Assembly: GCA_963755715.1 (NCBI GenBank) | Contig: CAVWLW010000029.1 | Coordinates: 1 to 60,698 of the forward strand | Source: an uncultured delta proteobacterium | GTDB taxonomy: Bacteria > Desulfobacterota > Binatia > UBA9968 | Direction: 5' to 3' | DNA length: 60,698 nt | Shown: positions 1 to 11,037 of the stretch, one piece after another | Layout of the letters: each line of letters begins with the position of its first letter | How positions within the stretch are numbered: the stretch's first letter is position 1 | Notes under the pieces: model-generated | What the model saw: the letters and a program-made list of their open reading frames with translations, nothing else | What the model was told of the DNA's origin: nothing | Database searches by the model: none | Made by a program: the position numbers and the translations under genes

Positions 1-63
1 AAGGTGAGAGTTGTGCCAGTGCGGAAGACTGTGGCCGGGAATCCTGACGCGCGAAACGGAAAA

Positions 64-849
64 ATGACAAAGGCAATTAAAAGGTTGGACTGGAGTGTCG
101 TTCTGTTATGCGCCGCCTTATTTGGGTTTGGCTGCCAGACCGTGGAATACACCGGTCGTACCCAGGTTAATCTCATACCGGAGAGTGACGAAAGGAAACT
201 AGGCGTAGATGCGTACCAGGATATTCTCAAGAAAACTCCTCTTTCCGAGAACCAGGCGTGGCAAGCGCAGTTGAAGGGAGTCGGTCAAAGGATTTCCTCC
301 GCCGCAGCGAAACCCGACTATCAATGGGAGTTCAATGTTTTGCAAGGCAACGAAGTCAACGCCTTCTGCCTTCCCGGGGGCAAGGTTGCGTTTTGGGAAG
401 GGATCATGCCGGTTGCTCAGGACGACAACGGCATCGCCGTCGTGATGGGGCATGAGGTCGCTCACGCGCTCGCCCACCACGGCGCGGAGCGCATGACCCA
501 AAGCATGGGAGCGGCGGTAATCGGGGAGATTCTCAGCGCCGGCATCGGTAAGGTCAATCCAGCATACAGCGAAGCTTTTGCTCAAGCATACGGGCTGGGC
601 ACCAACGTTGCAGTGATTCTTCCCTGGGGCCGAGCCCAAGAATCCGAGGCGGACCACATTGGCCTCATCTTAATGGCGAAAGCCGGCTATGACCCTTCCA
701 CGGCGGTGACGTTTTGGGAGCGCATGTCGAAGATCCAACAAGGCGGCACCCCTCCCGTGTATTTGTCCACACACCCAAGCGACGAGACCCGCATTGCGCA
801 AATCAAGAAGTGGCTTCCTGAAGCCATGACATACTACAACAAAAAATGA
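64..849 (+). CDS. M48 family zinc metallopeptidase lipoprotein
   Basis: Lipobox (FGFGC), VNAFCLPGGK, HEVAH zinc motif, ESEADHIG and LSTHP motifs of M48 peptidases; start set at ATG 64. Confidence 0.92.
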   Translation: MTKAIKRLDWSVVLLCAALFGFGCQTVEYTGRTQVNLIPESDERKLGVDAYQDILKKTPLSENQAWQAQLKGVGQRISSAAAKPDYQWEFNVLQGNEVNAFCLPGGKVAFWEGIMPVAQDDNGIAVVMGHEVAHALAHHGAERMTQSMGAAVIGEILSAGIGKVNPAYSEAFAQAYGLGTNVAVILPWGRAQESEADHIGLILMAKAGYDPSTAVTFWERMSKIQQGGTPPVYLSTHPSDETRIAQIKKWLPEAMTYYNKK

Positions 850-984
850 TTTGGTGCGGAAGCAGCTACTTCCGAAATTCGTTGACTACGAAGATCATGC
901 AGGCGGCGCAGTTTGGAGGTTAGGCGGAGTCGCAGCTGCAACAGGACAAATGAAGTCTTTAAAGTGATCAAGGGAGTCTTGCAT

Positions 985-1283
985 ATGAACAAAATCTTCG
1001 CGCTCGTCACGTTATTGATCTGCATAATCAGTGGGTGCGAAACGATCCGGGAAAAAACTTCGGGGCCGGAATTTGAAGACACCAAATTGACTGCGATCAT
1101 CAAAGCTCAGCTGGCACGAGAGGACACAGCGAGTGTGCAGGCGATCACGGTCAATGTCGACAAAGGCGTTGCCAAGCTCAAGGGCACTGTGAATTCACCG
1201 GAAAAAAAGCGAAAGCCGAAGAAATCACGCGCAAGGTAAGCGGCGTGAAGGATGTGGTCAACAACCTGGAAGTAAAGCCTTAA
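985..1283 (+). CDS. BON domain lipoprotein (frameshift in the A-run near 1202)
   Basis: Lipobox ISGC; EDTKLTAIIKAQL..ITVNVDKGVAKLKGTV; the shifted frame continues AEEITRKVSGVKDVVNNLEVKP* (TAA 1281-1283). Confidence 0.85.
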
Positions 1284-1517
1284 TACTCAGCTGGCATCTT
1301 TTTTCTCGCAAAATGGACCGTGGAGAAATTCACGCTGGTGTATAGTTGGTAGAGAATTCCCAATCATCGGATCGCGTCGGGTTCAATTTGAGCCTCCATG
1401 GCTGCCACTTCGGCCCGTACACATATCGTCGGTGTCCTGTTTAGCTACTAGAATAGTGCCTGGAGCGTAGTTAAGGACAAGACTGTGGGAAAATTCTCTT
1501 GCTGCCCTCGGGCAGTT

Positions 1518-2057
1518 TCAGGGTTGGAAAACTGTGACTTGTTCGGCGAGAAGCTCATCGAGTTTCTGGCGCTGCTCTAAACTGAGCTGCTCTTTCGCTT
1601 TTTGCGCCGCGCGAATGCGTGCAAATTGTAAATCCGCGCGCAGGCGTTCGATCTCGTGCACTTTCGCTTCCACCTTTTTCATGTCAACGGGCTGAGTGTC
1701 GAGTAAAGCGTGGAGATCCAACTTGGCCACGCGGATATCGGCGTCCTTGCGAATCGATTGCTTCTCAAAATCCTTTCTCAATCGCTCAAGATTTTTAACT
1801 TGGTCGCTGGAGAGGTCGAGCTTCTCCCGATTGCGAATTATCATAGAAATGGGCGGCCCCTCTTCTCTTGCCCCCATAGAGCCGAAGTGCTCCTGCCAGC
1901 GGTCAAACAATCCTTCCAGCTCGCGTCCAAGAACGCTCCAGGCTTGCCCCAGTTCTTCATGAAACGCCGGTTTGATCGGGTCTGCGGCCAAGGCCGCTCT
2001 TGTCATAAACAACCACACGAAGCCCATTAAAATTAACCACAAAGCTCGTTTGATCAT
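1518..2057 (-). CDS. Spy/CpxP-like periplasmic chaperone / heavy-metal sensor family protein
   Basis: Signal peptide (AALA), LDLSSDQ and LSLEQRQKL (LTxxQ-like) motifs, helical composition. Confidence 0.8.
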   Translation of the reverse strand: MIKRALWLILMGFVWLFMTRAALAADPIKPAFHEELGQAWSVLGRELEGLFDRWQEHFGSMGAREEGPPISMIIRNREKLDLSSDQVKNLERLRKDFEKQSIRKDADIRVAKLDLHALLDTQPVDMKKVEAKVHEIERLRADLQFARIRAAQKAKEQLSLEQRQKLDELLAEQVTVFQP

Positions 2058-2400
2058 ATTCCCTCCTTTCGGACGTTAACTTGGGTGGTTCCGCAATGTC
2101 AATATTCGAGTAGAGGCAGCTCAACTATTATGTGGTTTGGAGCACTGGCCTCGAGGGTGGGAAGAAGGCCATTTAAAGTCTCTCGCTTTGCAATTTCGCA
2201 ACGGGATAGACCTGGACTTTGCCCGAACTATATGTCACTATGTGTTCGAATCGGTAAATCGACCGGCTCAGAGCGCCGTTAAACACTTGAATAATTCTCT
2301 TGCCGTAGCGGGACTATGTGACACTATCGGTCACTAACTCGTGTCTGACGCTCTCTGCCCGACCCTACAACAGTGGATTTTTCATCAAGCAGAAAAGAAA

Positions 2401-2430
2401 TTGACGTCTCTCGCGGCCCTGCGATATAAC
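2401..2430 (+). promoter_or_regulatory. Putative sigma70 promoter of the VWA gene
   Basis: TTGACG-N18-TATAAC about 90 bp upstream of ATG 2523. Confidence 0.35.
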
Positions 2431-2522
2431 TCCGGCCATAGAAAAGGTCGTTTGAAAATCCTAAAAAGACGGCCATCAGTTTGGCGCCGGCAGCGGCGGT
2501 CTCTTATCGCGACGCGGACGCT

Positions 2523-3793
2523 ATGAATAAATCGCGCTCCCATTTTCTTCAGCTAGGGATTACTGTCTTCTCTTTATCATCAGTTTTTCAAATCGAGCTT
2601 GGAGCACCGACCTTACGGTGCAAATTCGCTCCCCGAAAGACGAGTCGACGATTACACAGGAGCAGGCTTATATCCTCGTTGGCGGGAAGGCGGAAGTCCA
2701 GACTGGACGGGCAGGATATGTAGATATTTTTCTCGTTATCGATGTGTCGGCGAGCACAGCACTCTATGCAGGGGTCGATTTCTCTGAGTTTTCTCGTCTG
2801 CCAAACTCCTACGTAACTCCACGAATGGTGACGGAGCGGAATCCTTCCCCCAACTGCCGCTCGATTGGGGGTCACAGAATTTGCGAATTTCCACTCTCGC
2901 AGCGGAGATTGTAGCTTCCCGTCGCCTATTGTCTCAGCTAAATCCGGAGACGACGCGCGTTGGCGTGATTACGTTCGGCGATGACGTATGGTTAAGACAG
3001 CCTTTGACGCACGATTTCGAAGAAGTTCGCTCTGCACTAGACTTAATCTACAAACGTGGTCCCTCGCGGCAAAACAAACATGGTAGACGCGATTCTCCTT
3101 GGGACAGAAGAGTTGTTGGGAAAAGGCGAGAGCGAGAAGTATTTAGATTCGATTAAGACACTCGTGTTCTTGACCGATGGGTTTCCGACTCTACCCTCTG
3201 GAGACTGTAGGTCTGGAACTGAGGCGGACACAGACCTGACCATTAACGCTGCCCGGCAAGCGGGCAACTTGGGAATCAGCGTCCACGTTTTTGCCCTCGG
3301 TGAAGAAGCTCTGTCCAATCCTCGCGCTGCTGTCGGTATTGCCAGAGAGAGCGGAGGCACCTACACCGCAGTTACGAGACCGGCCGATGTCTTGGCTGTG
3401 GTGGACAAACTCTCGGCGGTCGGAGTCGATTCGATCCAAGTCACCAACGAAACGATTCAGCAACAGGCGCTTCAGTCACGCTTGGCCGCTGACGGCTTTT
3501 TTGCCTCGGCTGTGCCCGTTGTCGAAGGTTTGAATCGCATTCAAGTGCTCGGTCGTGCTAGCGACGGCTCGTTGGCTCGGGACATCGTGACCGTGAAGTA
3601 TCAGCCGGGAGCAAAGCGGTCCCTCGATTTAGAAATCTTTTTGGAGCGAGAAAAAAATCTCAAGTTAGAGATCGACCGTTTAGACAAAAGTCCTGAGCAA
3701 ATTCAGCGAGAAGTAGAAGCTGGTCGCCGGGAGGGCTTGAAAAAATCGCTAGGTCCGTCCCCTGCAGCGGATAACATTTCTACACAGAAGTGA
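2523..3793 (+). CDS. Secreted VWA domain protein (at least 3 frameshifts)
   Basis: Consecutive frames give the MIDAS motif IDVSAST, then TRVGVITF, GKTNMVDAI, LVFLTDGFPT, GISVHVFALG. Confidence 0.8.
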
Positions 3794-3809
3794 GTCGTGA
3801 TATCAGTGC

Positions 3810-4025
3810 TGGCGGTCTGATGTCCTACGGCCAAAGGATCTTGAGCAATTTCGCCGAGCAGCCATGTTTGTCGACAAGATCGTGAAGGGAGCGAAGCCTG
3901 GCGATCTTCCCGTTGAGCAACCCACCAAATTCGAGCTAGTCATCAATCTCAAAACCGCCAAACAGATCGGCCTCACGATTCCGCCGAATGTGCTGGCACG
4001 GGCCGAAAAAGTGGATTCGCTGAAA
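3810..4025 (+). pseudogene. C-terminal fragment of an ABC transporter substrate-binding protein
   Basis: GGLMSYG...[46 protein letters not shown] is the typical C-terminus; no room for the N-terminal portion after the VWA stop. Confidence 0.85.
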
Positions 4026-4426
4026 CAGCCAGACTGCGCGACACTTGCATATGGAATCAACTATCTAACTAACTCCAGATTTGACCCTTTGGGGTTTTCA
4101 GGTAGCAGCCCTATAACACGGAACAGGTTTTTGTTCGCCATTCACCGGAAGATCGGCACTAAGCGGAGCGCCTCGATACACCTTACTCAACTCTTGATTC
4201 CCAGCAATGAGAATGCCAACCACGAAGTTCGAAGATTTTCACGAAATACCTGGAGTGAGCAACTAAATTTTTTCAGAGCGTGTTGGTTTTTGATCTTGAT
4301 CTTATAACTAAGGATGGCTTTTAGGCCATGTGGGATGGCGCAAAAGACACCATCATTAACGGTACACCGAGTGCCATTCTTTTTCACCGCCTCATTTACT
4401 CAATGACTTAGCCGTCAGTTATTCAC

Positions 4427-4442
4427 TGGCATTGCGGTTGCA
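4427..4442 (+). promoter_or_regulatory. Sigma54 (-24/-12) promoter
   Basis: TGGCATTGCGGTTGCA has exact GG-N10-GC spacing; an IHF-like ACTCAATGACTTA lies about 20 bp upstream; precedes ORF 4567. Confidence 0.7.
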
Positions 4443-4566
4443 GAACACGTCACCGCAATGATTCAGACTCACACCAATCGGAAGTTGACCGAGACCGACT
4501 GAACCGTCTCTCAGCAGGGATTTGGTCGTCCCAAAGCGTGCGAAGTTTGGGAAGGAAGGATAGACG

Positions 4567-6678
4567 ATGAACTACCTCGATTTATATTCCTCATATCCCG
4601 ATCACACCATCGCCGCTGCCTGGGACTCTCAGGTCAAAGAAGCAGACAAAAATCCATGGCTCAGCGAGGCACTAAAGCAATATGGCGATGAGCTGTTCGC
4701 GCGCTTTGCCGCATGTTACGCCGACCTGCGCGCCTTGCCTCGCGGCGCACGGCGCAGCCTTCAGCGACGAATTGCACGCTCCGGGAAATTGGCCGCGATC
4801 TTGCCCGAATACTTTCAGCAGGGTGGGCGAAGATTACAGCATAGGATGGCTTGGTCGCTTGCCGGTGCCGCTTTACTGTTGGCACTCGGACGAGGAGTGG
4901 GAGCGGCGGCTACAATCACAGTTACGACAAGCAATCCTAACATCGCAGCCGATGGCCAGTGCTCGCTCATAGAGGCAATTGTTAACGCCAATAACGACGC
5001 CGCGACTCATGCCTGATTGTCCGGCAGGTAGTGGAGCGGACACGATCGTTCTACCGGCCAACGCCAACATGGTACTCAACACTGTGTCCGGTCTTGCGAC
5101 AGAGGTATGGCAGGCCCGGTACCCCATCGGTCTTCCTGTGATTACCAGTCGGATCACCATCGAAGGTAACGGCTCTACGATTGCTCGCCAAGCGGGCGCA
5201 CCCGACTTCGGTCTCATAGCTGTGAAGGCGTCTTTCACGGGGTCCCCGGGGATCTGACGCTTCAGAATGTGACACTAAGCGGAGGATCTCTGTCGGGGGC
5301 TTGTCTAATTGGTGGCACACTCAACATAAAAAACAGCACCATCTCGGGTAATACGGCGGCGGTGCAACAATAGGGGCGGCACCTCACCATCAAAAACAGT
5401 ACCATCTCAGGCAATACCGGTGGCGGGCGTATTTAACTATTCCGGCACTCTCACCGTCGTCAACAGCACGATCTCAGGTAATACGCGGTACGGCGGTGGC
5501 AGAATTAGCTATTTACGGTCAGCGTCACAGTCCAAAACAGCACCATCTCAGGCAATACGCATCGGGGCGGTGGCATATTTAACTACGGGTCTGGTCTTGC
5601 GGCTTCTATCGGCTCGGTCCTTCACCCTGTCACGAATAGCTTGATCACCGGCAACCAGGCGGCTATCGCGCCGAAATAGAAAACGTGGGAAGTCGTTACG
5701 TCCATACCGCTGAACAACTTCAATTTGTTTGGGGCAAATGGCAATGCCGGTGTCACCGGCTTTACACCCGGGCCAACCGACATCGTGCCTAGCGTTCCGT
5801 TAGCACAAATCCTGGGTCCTCTGAAAAACAACGGCGGTCCGACCCAGACTCATGCGCTGGTCGCCGGCAGTCCGGCGATCGATGCGGGCAATCCTAGCGG
5901 CTGCCGGGACAATGCAGGCACGCTTTTGCCCACCGACCAGCGGGGTTTTCCCCGACCGGCTGACGGCAATAACGACGGCACGGTCAGATGCGACATCGGT
6001 GCCTACGAAGCTAATGCCGTCATCGACAACAACGCGACTTTCGTGTTTCAGCAGTATATCGATTTTTTTGATCGGGAGCCCGACGCTGGGGAAATTTCTC
6101 CCTGGGTGAGTGCGTTGGACAGCGGCTTGTCGAGGGCCGATTTGATTGAAGTGTTCATGGATTCCGAGGAATTCCGCTTTGAGGGAAAGTTCATTACCCA
6201 GACTTACTTGGGGATTTTGACTCGGGATGCTGATTACGCTGGATTTCGAGGTTGGTTGGGGGCCTTGCTCGTCGGGTTATCACGGGAGCAGATCGTGCAG
6301 GTGTTTTTGGACTCGGGTGAATTTCAATCCAGTTTTGGCAGCAATCTAACCAACGGGCAGTTTGTCGAGAGGATGTACAATAACATATTGCTGCGGTCAT
6401 CCGATCCCGGGGGATTTAATGCCTGGGTTGGGGCACTAAACAACGGGCAATTGACTAAGGCTCAGATGGCGTTGCGTTTCTTGGATTCGGGAGAGTTTCA
6501 GGGGCTGTTTTTAAGTCAGAACCGAGTCGACATCTCGCTTTTGTATTTTGACATGTTGCAGCGGGACCCGGATGCTGGAGGGTTTTCTTATTGGGTTGAA
6601 GTATTGAGCTCAGGAGTGCCGCTCACAGCCGTGATTGATGGATTTCTAAACTCCCCTGAATATCGAGCCGGGTTCTAG
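4567..6678 (+). CDS. Choice-of-anchor Q / beta-helix surface protein with C-terminal DUF4214-like domains (multiply frameshifted)
   Basis: CSLIEAI motif, NSTISGN repeats, LGPLKNNGGPTQTHALVAGSPAIDAG...DQRG...CDIGAYE, then REPDAG/RDPDAGGFSYW...SPEY repeats. Confidence 0.8.
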
Positions 6679-6906
6679 GCGCCGACTGCCTTTTTAGACT
6701 GTACTCTAGAAAGATAATTCGACGCGGAGTCGTGATCCATCATCAAGCTTAAAGCATTGCGACCGAATACTGGGTTTGTCCAGGATTTCGACGAAGGGCG
6801 CACGGCATTTTCCGAGGGACTACCAGAGCCGATTAAAGACAAGCGCAGCGCTTCGCGCGCAACGTGTGCGATCGATTCTCGATCCAGCCGAGACATCCTC
6901 GCATCA

Positions 6907-6940
6907 CCCTCCTCTTGGGCACATTGAATCTGCTCGCGCA
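6907..6940. repeat. Imperfect direct repeat of the threonine synthase 3' end (second copy 9111-9144)
   Basis: ccctcctcttgggcacattgaatctgctcgcgca vs ccttactcttggccacgctgaatctgctcgcgca: 29/34 identical, last 16 identical. Confidence 0.75.
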
Positions 6941-7380
6941 ATTTGCGGTCCGATATCGCCTTGCTCTGTCCGATGAACCGCAACGACTCGGCAACGAGGC
7001 TCACGGCCCTCCAACCACAAAACCGTATGTGTCGATCACTTTGGCGCAACGCTATTTCCGAAGGAATACCACAAAGAAATTCAAGCCGCGCCCGGCGTTT
7101 TGCGCGGGACGTTAATGCCAGGCATATCAAAGTGGTCATCCCCAAGTATTTTGAGACGTACTGTGTGGAATAGATCTGGCGGCGGTCATGGCAAGCTAAT
7201 TCGTTCGCGTCGGCGCAAAGGGCATCTTGGGAAAGGACAACAGGTCCACGAAGCTCGGGTTGTTCTTCCTATGGCGACGGTTTGTAGTAGCTTCGGCGAT
7301 CTTTCTGACCCAAACGACAACTTCGGGTAGGCCACAGGACCGAGAGAGGCTCAACAACCCAAAATATAGGAGGGATTTAT

Positions 7381-8754
7381 ATGTTTCGTCATTCAACCAA
7401 CACTGCTTCGTTTTTGTCCGTCGTTATTGCTGTACTCATGTTCTCGCTCTCTCTGGCGGGGGTTGCTGCGGCGCAGCAGGACAACACCAGTCTGGGGACA
7501 GGCGCGCTTCAGAGCAACACCACGGGCGAGCCACAACACCGCCATCGGAGTCGAATGCGCTCTTTGGCAACAGCACGGGCAGCTTCAACACCGCCAGCGG
7601 AGTCGAGGCGCTCTTTTAGCAACACCACGGGCGACTTCAACACCGCCAGCGGAGTCCAGGCGCTCTTTAACAACACCACGGGCAACTGGAACACCGCCAG
7701 CGGAGTCAATGCGCTCTTTAGCAACACCACGGGCAGCGACAACACCGCCAGCGGAGTCCAGGCGCTCTTTAGCAACACCACGGGCAGCTTCAACACCGCC
7801 AGCGGAATCCAGGCGCTCTTTAGCAACACCACGGGCACTTAACAACACCGCCAGCGGAGTCAATGCGCTTCGGAACAACACCACGGGCAACGCCAACACC
7901 GCCAGCGGAGTCCAGGCGCTCACTAGCAACACCACGGGCGTCTACAACACCGCCAGCGGAGTCGATGCGCTCCGTAGCAACACCACGGGCGGTGCAACAC
8001 CGCCAGCGGAGCAGTGCGCTCTATAGCAACACCACGGGCAGCTGCAACACCGCCAGCGGGTCGATGCGCTCCTTAGCAACACCACGGGCATCGCCAACAC
8101 CGCCAGCGGATCCAGTGCGCTCGTTTAACAACACCACGGGCGGCGACAACACCGCCATCGGGGACTCTGCGCTCTTAACAACACCACGGGCAACAACAAC
8201 ACCGCCATCGGGGTCCGCAGCCGATGTGTCTGCTGGGAATCTGACCAACGCTACGGCTATCGGCGTTCAGAGCCATCGTCAATGCCAGCAATAAGATCCG
8301 CCTGGGAAACACTGCTGTCACGGTGATCGAAGGGCAGGTGGCGTTTACTGCCAGTTCGGACAAGACCAAGAAGGAAAACTTCGAGCCGGTGGATGGAGAA
8401 GAAGTGCTGGGAAAGATTCGCGGCTTTGAGCTAACGAGCTGGAACTTCATTGGCCACGATCCTAAAGAGTTTCGCCACTATGGTCCTATGGCGCAAGACT
8501 TCTTTGCGGCCTTCGGCCACGACGGAGTCGGACAGATCGGCACGGAGACGACGATCAACTCGGGCGACCTGGCGGGGATTCTAATGATCGCCGTGCAGGC
8601 GCTGGAGAAGCGCACGGCGGAGCTAAAACAGAAGGAGGCACAGATTGCTGTGCTGAAGCTGAAGCGAAGCAAGCCTCTTGAGACTGTGGCAGCGCGGCTG
8701 GAGGCGCTGGAGTTGCGACAGCATCAGTCTATGCAGATAACAGCCGCGAAGTAG
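7381..8754 (+). CDS. Secreted fibre/adhesin-like protein with 17-aa repeats and C-terminal peptidase S74 intramolecular chaperone domain (frameshifted)
   Basis: Signal peptide, NTASGVxALxxNTTGxx repeats, SSDKTKKENF cleavage motif, HYGPMAQDF, C-terminal coiled coil. Confidence 0.85.
7482..8212 (+). repeat. Coding tandem repeat, 51-bp unit, about 14-15 copies
   Basis: Consensus aacaccgccagcggagtcNNNgcgctcNNNagcaacaccacgggcNNNNNN. Confidence 0.92.
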
Positions 8755-8790
8755 TGACGATTCAACCAGCAGAACAGACAAACGAGGAGC

Positions 8791-9085
8791 ATGTCAGTGG
8801 GCAAGAACAGAATTCTCTGGACTGCAAGGTATCTTAGCGTTTTCGTCTGCTGCTTTATTAGCGGGGCCTTCGCCCAGGCAGCGACCTTCACCGTTAACAG
8901 TCCATTCGATGCTGCGGACGCAAACCCCGGCGACGCCATGTGCGAGCAGCACCTGGAAACGGCGTCTGCACGCTGCGCGCAGCGATTGAGGAGGCCACTT
9001 TGGGGCGGGACAACGATCATCCTGCCCCGAACACTACCTCTGACCCTTGGAATGAGCTCACTATCACCGGCGCCGATACTGCCTT
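8791..9085 (+). pseudogene. Truncated CSLREA-domain secreted protein
   Basis: Signal peptide, ATFTVNSPFDAADANPGD, then GNGVCTLRAAIEEA in a shifted frame; ends at the convergent thrC 3' end. Confidence 0.75.
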
Positions 9086-9112
9086 ATTCGAAATCCAGAG
9101 CATATGTGAACC

Positions 9113-10352
9113 TTACTCTTGGCCACGCTGAATCTGCTCGCGCAGCGATTCCAGCGTCGGCGCGATCGGCGTGAGCTCTTTCTTCCGATAATGGAATCGC
9201 CTCCGGCTGCTTCAAACCGTGGCCGGTGAGATTGCAGACCACGACGTCGCCGAGACCGATGGTCCCGGCGGCGCGCAGTTTCTTCGCGACGGCGACTGAA
9301 GTCGCCGCCGCCGGCTCGGCAAAAATACCGCCGAGCGTGGCCGTCAGCGCTTGGGCTTCGATTATTTCTGCATCCGATGCTGCCACTGCCGTACCGCCGG
9401 ATTCGCGCAACGCGGTCAGGGCGCGCCAACCGAGCGACGCCGGATTGCCGACTTGAATACTTTCGGCGATGGTTTCACGCGCTACTATGGGTTCGACATC
9501 GGCCAGTCCTTTTTCGAATGCGGCGACGATCGGCGCCGCCGCTTCGCTTTGCGCCGCAACGAGTTTGGGCGCGCGCTCGATCCAACCGAGCGATAAAAAT
9601 TCCTGATAGCCTTTCCACATCGCATAAATGCCGGTGCCGCCGGCGGTCGGATGGATCACCCAATCCGGAATTCGCCCGTCGAGCTGATCGACCATTTCGT
9701 AGGCGTAGGATTTCTTTCCTTCATCGCGGTAGGGATTCGACGATAAGCAATCGTACCAGCCGAATTCTTGAATGGCTGCTTTGTAAAGCCTCGCCACTTC
9801 GTTATCGAAGTCGCCGTCGACGACGATCACAGTCGCGCCGTACACACGGGCCTGAATGATTTTCGACGGCGCTGTTCCCGCCGGCACCATCACGACGCTT
9901 TTCAATCCCGCTGCGGCGGCGTAAGCCGCCACCGAAGCCGCTGCGTTTCCAGTCGACATCACCGCCGCAGTGTCGAACCCCAGCTCGCGCGCAACGGAAA
10001 TACCTACGCTGTTACTACGATCTTTCAGCGACCCGGTCGGCAAAACCGTGTCGTTCTTGAGAAATAAATTGTGGATTCCTAATTCCCCGCCGAGCCGCGC
10101 GGCATGAATCAACGGCGTATCGCCTTCGCCGAGTGAAACAATCGAAGCCCGCTTTGCCACCGGAAAAAATTCGAACCAGCGCCAGATCGAGCGATCGTGG
10201 TTTGCTCGCATCCGCGCGAAATCCAACCGACCCAGATGATCGATCGTAACGTCGACTTCGAGGACGCGCCGGCATTCAGGACATTGAAAAACGGTCCTTG
10301 AAGCGGGCTCATACCCACAGTTCGCACAACGCAGCTTGTTAATTACACCCAT
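9113..10352 (-). CDS. thrC: Threonine synthase-like PLP enzyme
   Basis: N-terminal CxxC pairs, SLGEGDTPL, PTGSLKDR (PLP lysine), MSTGNAAAS, EGKKS, NLTGHGLK; frameshift near 9180, restored end ...LREQIQRGQE* at 9113. Confidence 0.88.
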
Positions 10353-10422
10353 CCATCCGCTCGATCGACGCTATCGTGTTTCCGTGCATCCCAACTCGAC
10401 TTCACTCCAGCACTCCGATCGA

Positions 10423-10935
10423 TTACCCCGTCCTTCGCTCGAGCTCGGTCAGCGATTTCTCCAACTCCCCTTCCAAGTCCGCCACGTCAAATCCAACCGC
10501 CCGAGCGCCATCCAGCGTCGCAATGCAGATCATGATCAAATCTAAACACTCGCGCGGCGGCGGATCGTCAGGATGATCGTGCAAATAATGATCGACGCGC
10601 TGCTTAAGAGTATAAAAATCTCTGAGACAGACGACGGGTGGCAGATTTTGCACTGGCCCTGAATGCTCTTTAGACGGCGCGAAAGCGACGCCACCCGGAT
10701 CGACCAGCGCGATTTGGGTGCCGTTCTCGAAGAGCAACACAAGATAGGAATCCTGCGTATCCGGGTGAATTTTCTCTTCGAACGCGGTTACATCACGCCA
10801 AGCGAGCGGCAAACGTTTTCCAGACGCCACATCGAGCAGAGTCGCGCTCTCATCATCGTAGAGCGCAGCCTCTTTGTGGCGCTCGCTCCAATGCCTCACC
10901 GCTGACTTGGCATTTCCAATAATTTCCACAGACAC
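10423..10935 (-). CDS. Conserved hypothetical protein
   Basis: 170-aa ORF with protein-like composition, co-oriented upstream of thrC. Confidence 0.7.
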   Translation of the reverse strand: MSVEIIGNAKSAVRHWSERHKEAALYDDESATLLDVASGKRLPLAWRDVTAFEEKIHPDTQDSYLVLLFENGTQIALVDPGGVAFAPSKEHSGPVQNLPPVVCLRDFYTLKQRVDHYLHDHPDDPPPRECLDLIMICIATLDGARAVGFDVADLEGELEKSLTELERRTG

Positions 10936-11037
10936 ATTGTAACACGTGATGCTCTTCGCTTAGAAACCGCTCGCATTGATATTCTACGGAGCCATAGTAT
11001 TCTCGACCGACCCCATGCGAGAACCTTGATGCCAGCA

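Noticed and set aside
6675-6895. Fe-S fumarate hydratase alpha-subunit remnant
   Set aside because: Only a faint resemblance of the N-terminal helix; not enough to name without a search
7482-8212. CRISPR array
   Set aside because: Units are contiguous 51-bp coding repeats with no unique spacers, and no cas genes are present
7381-8754. Prophage tail gene
   Set aside because: Has a Sec-type signal peptide and no phage structural, terminase or lysis genes nearby
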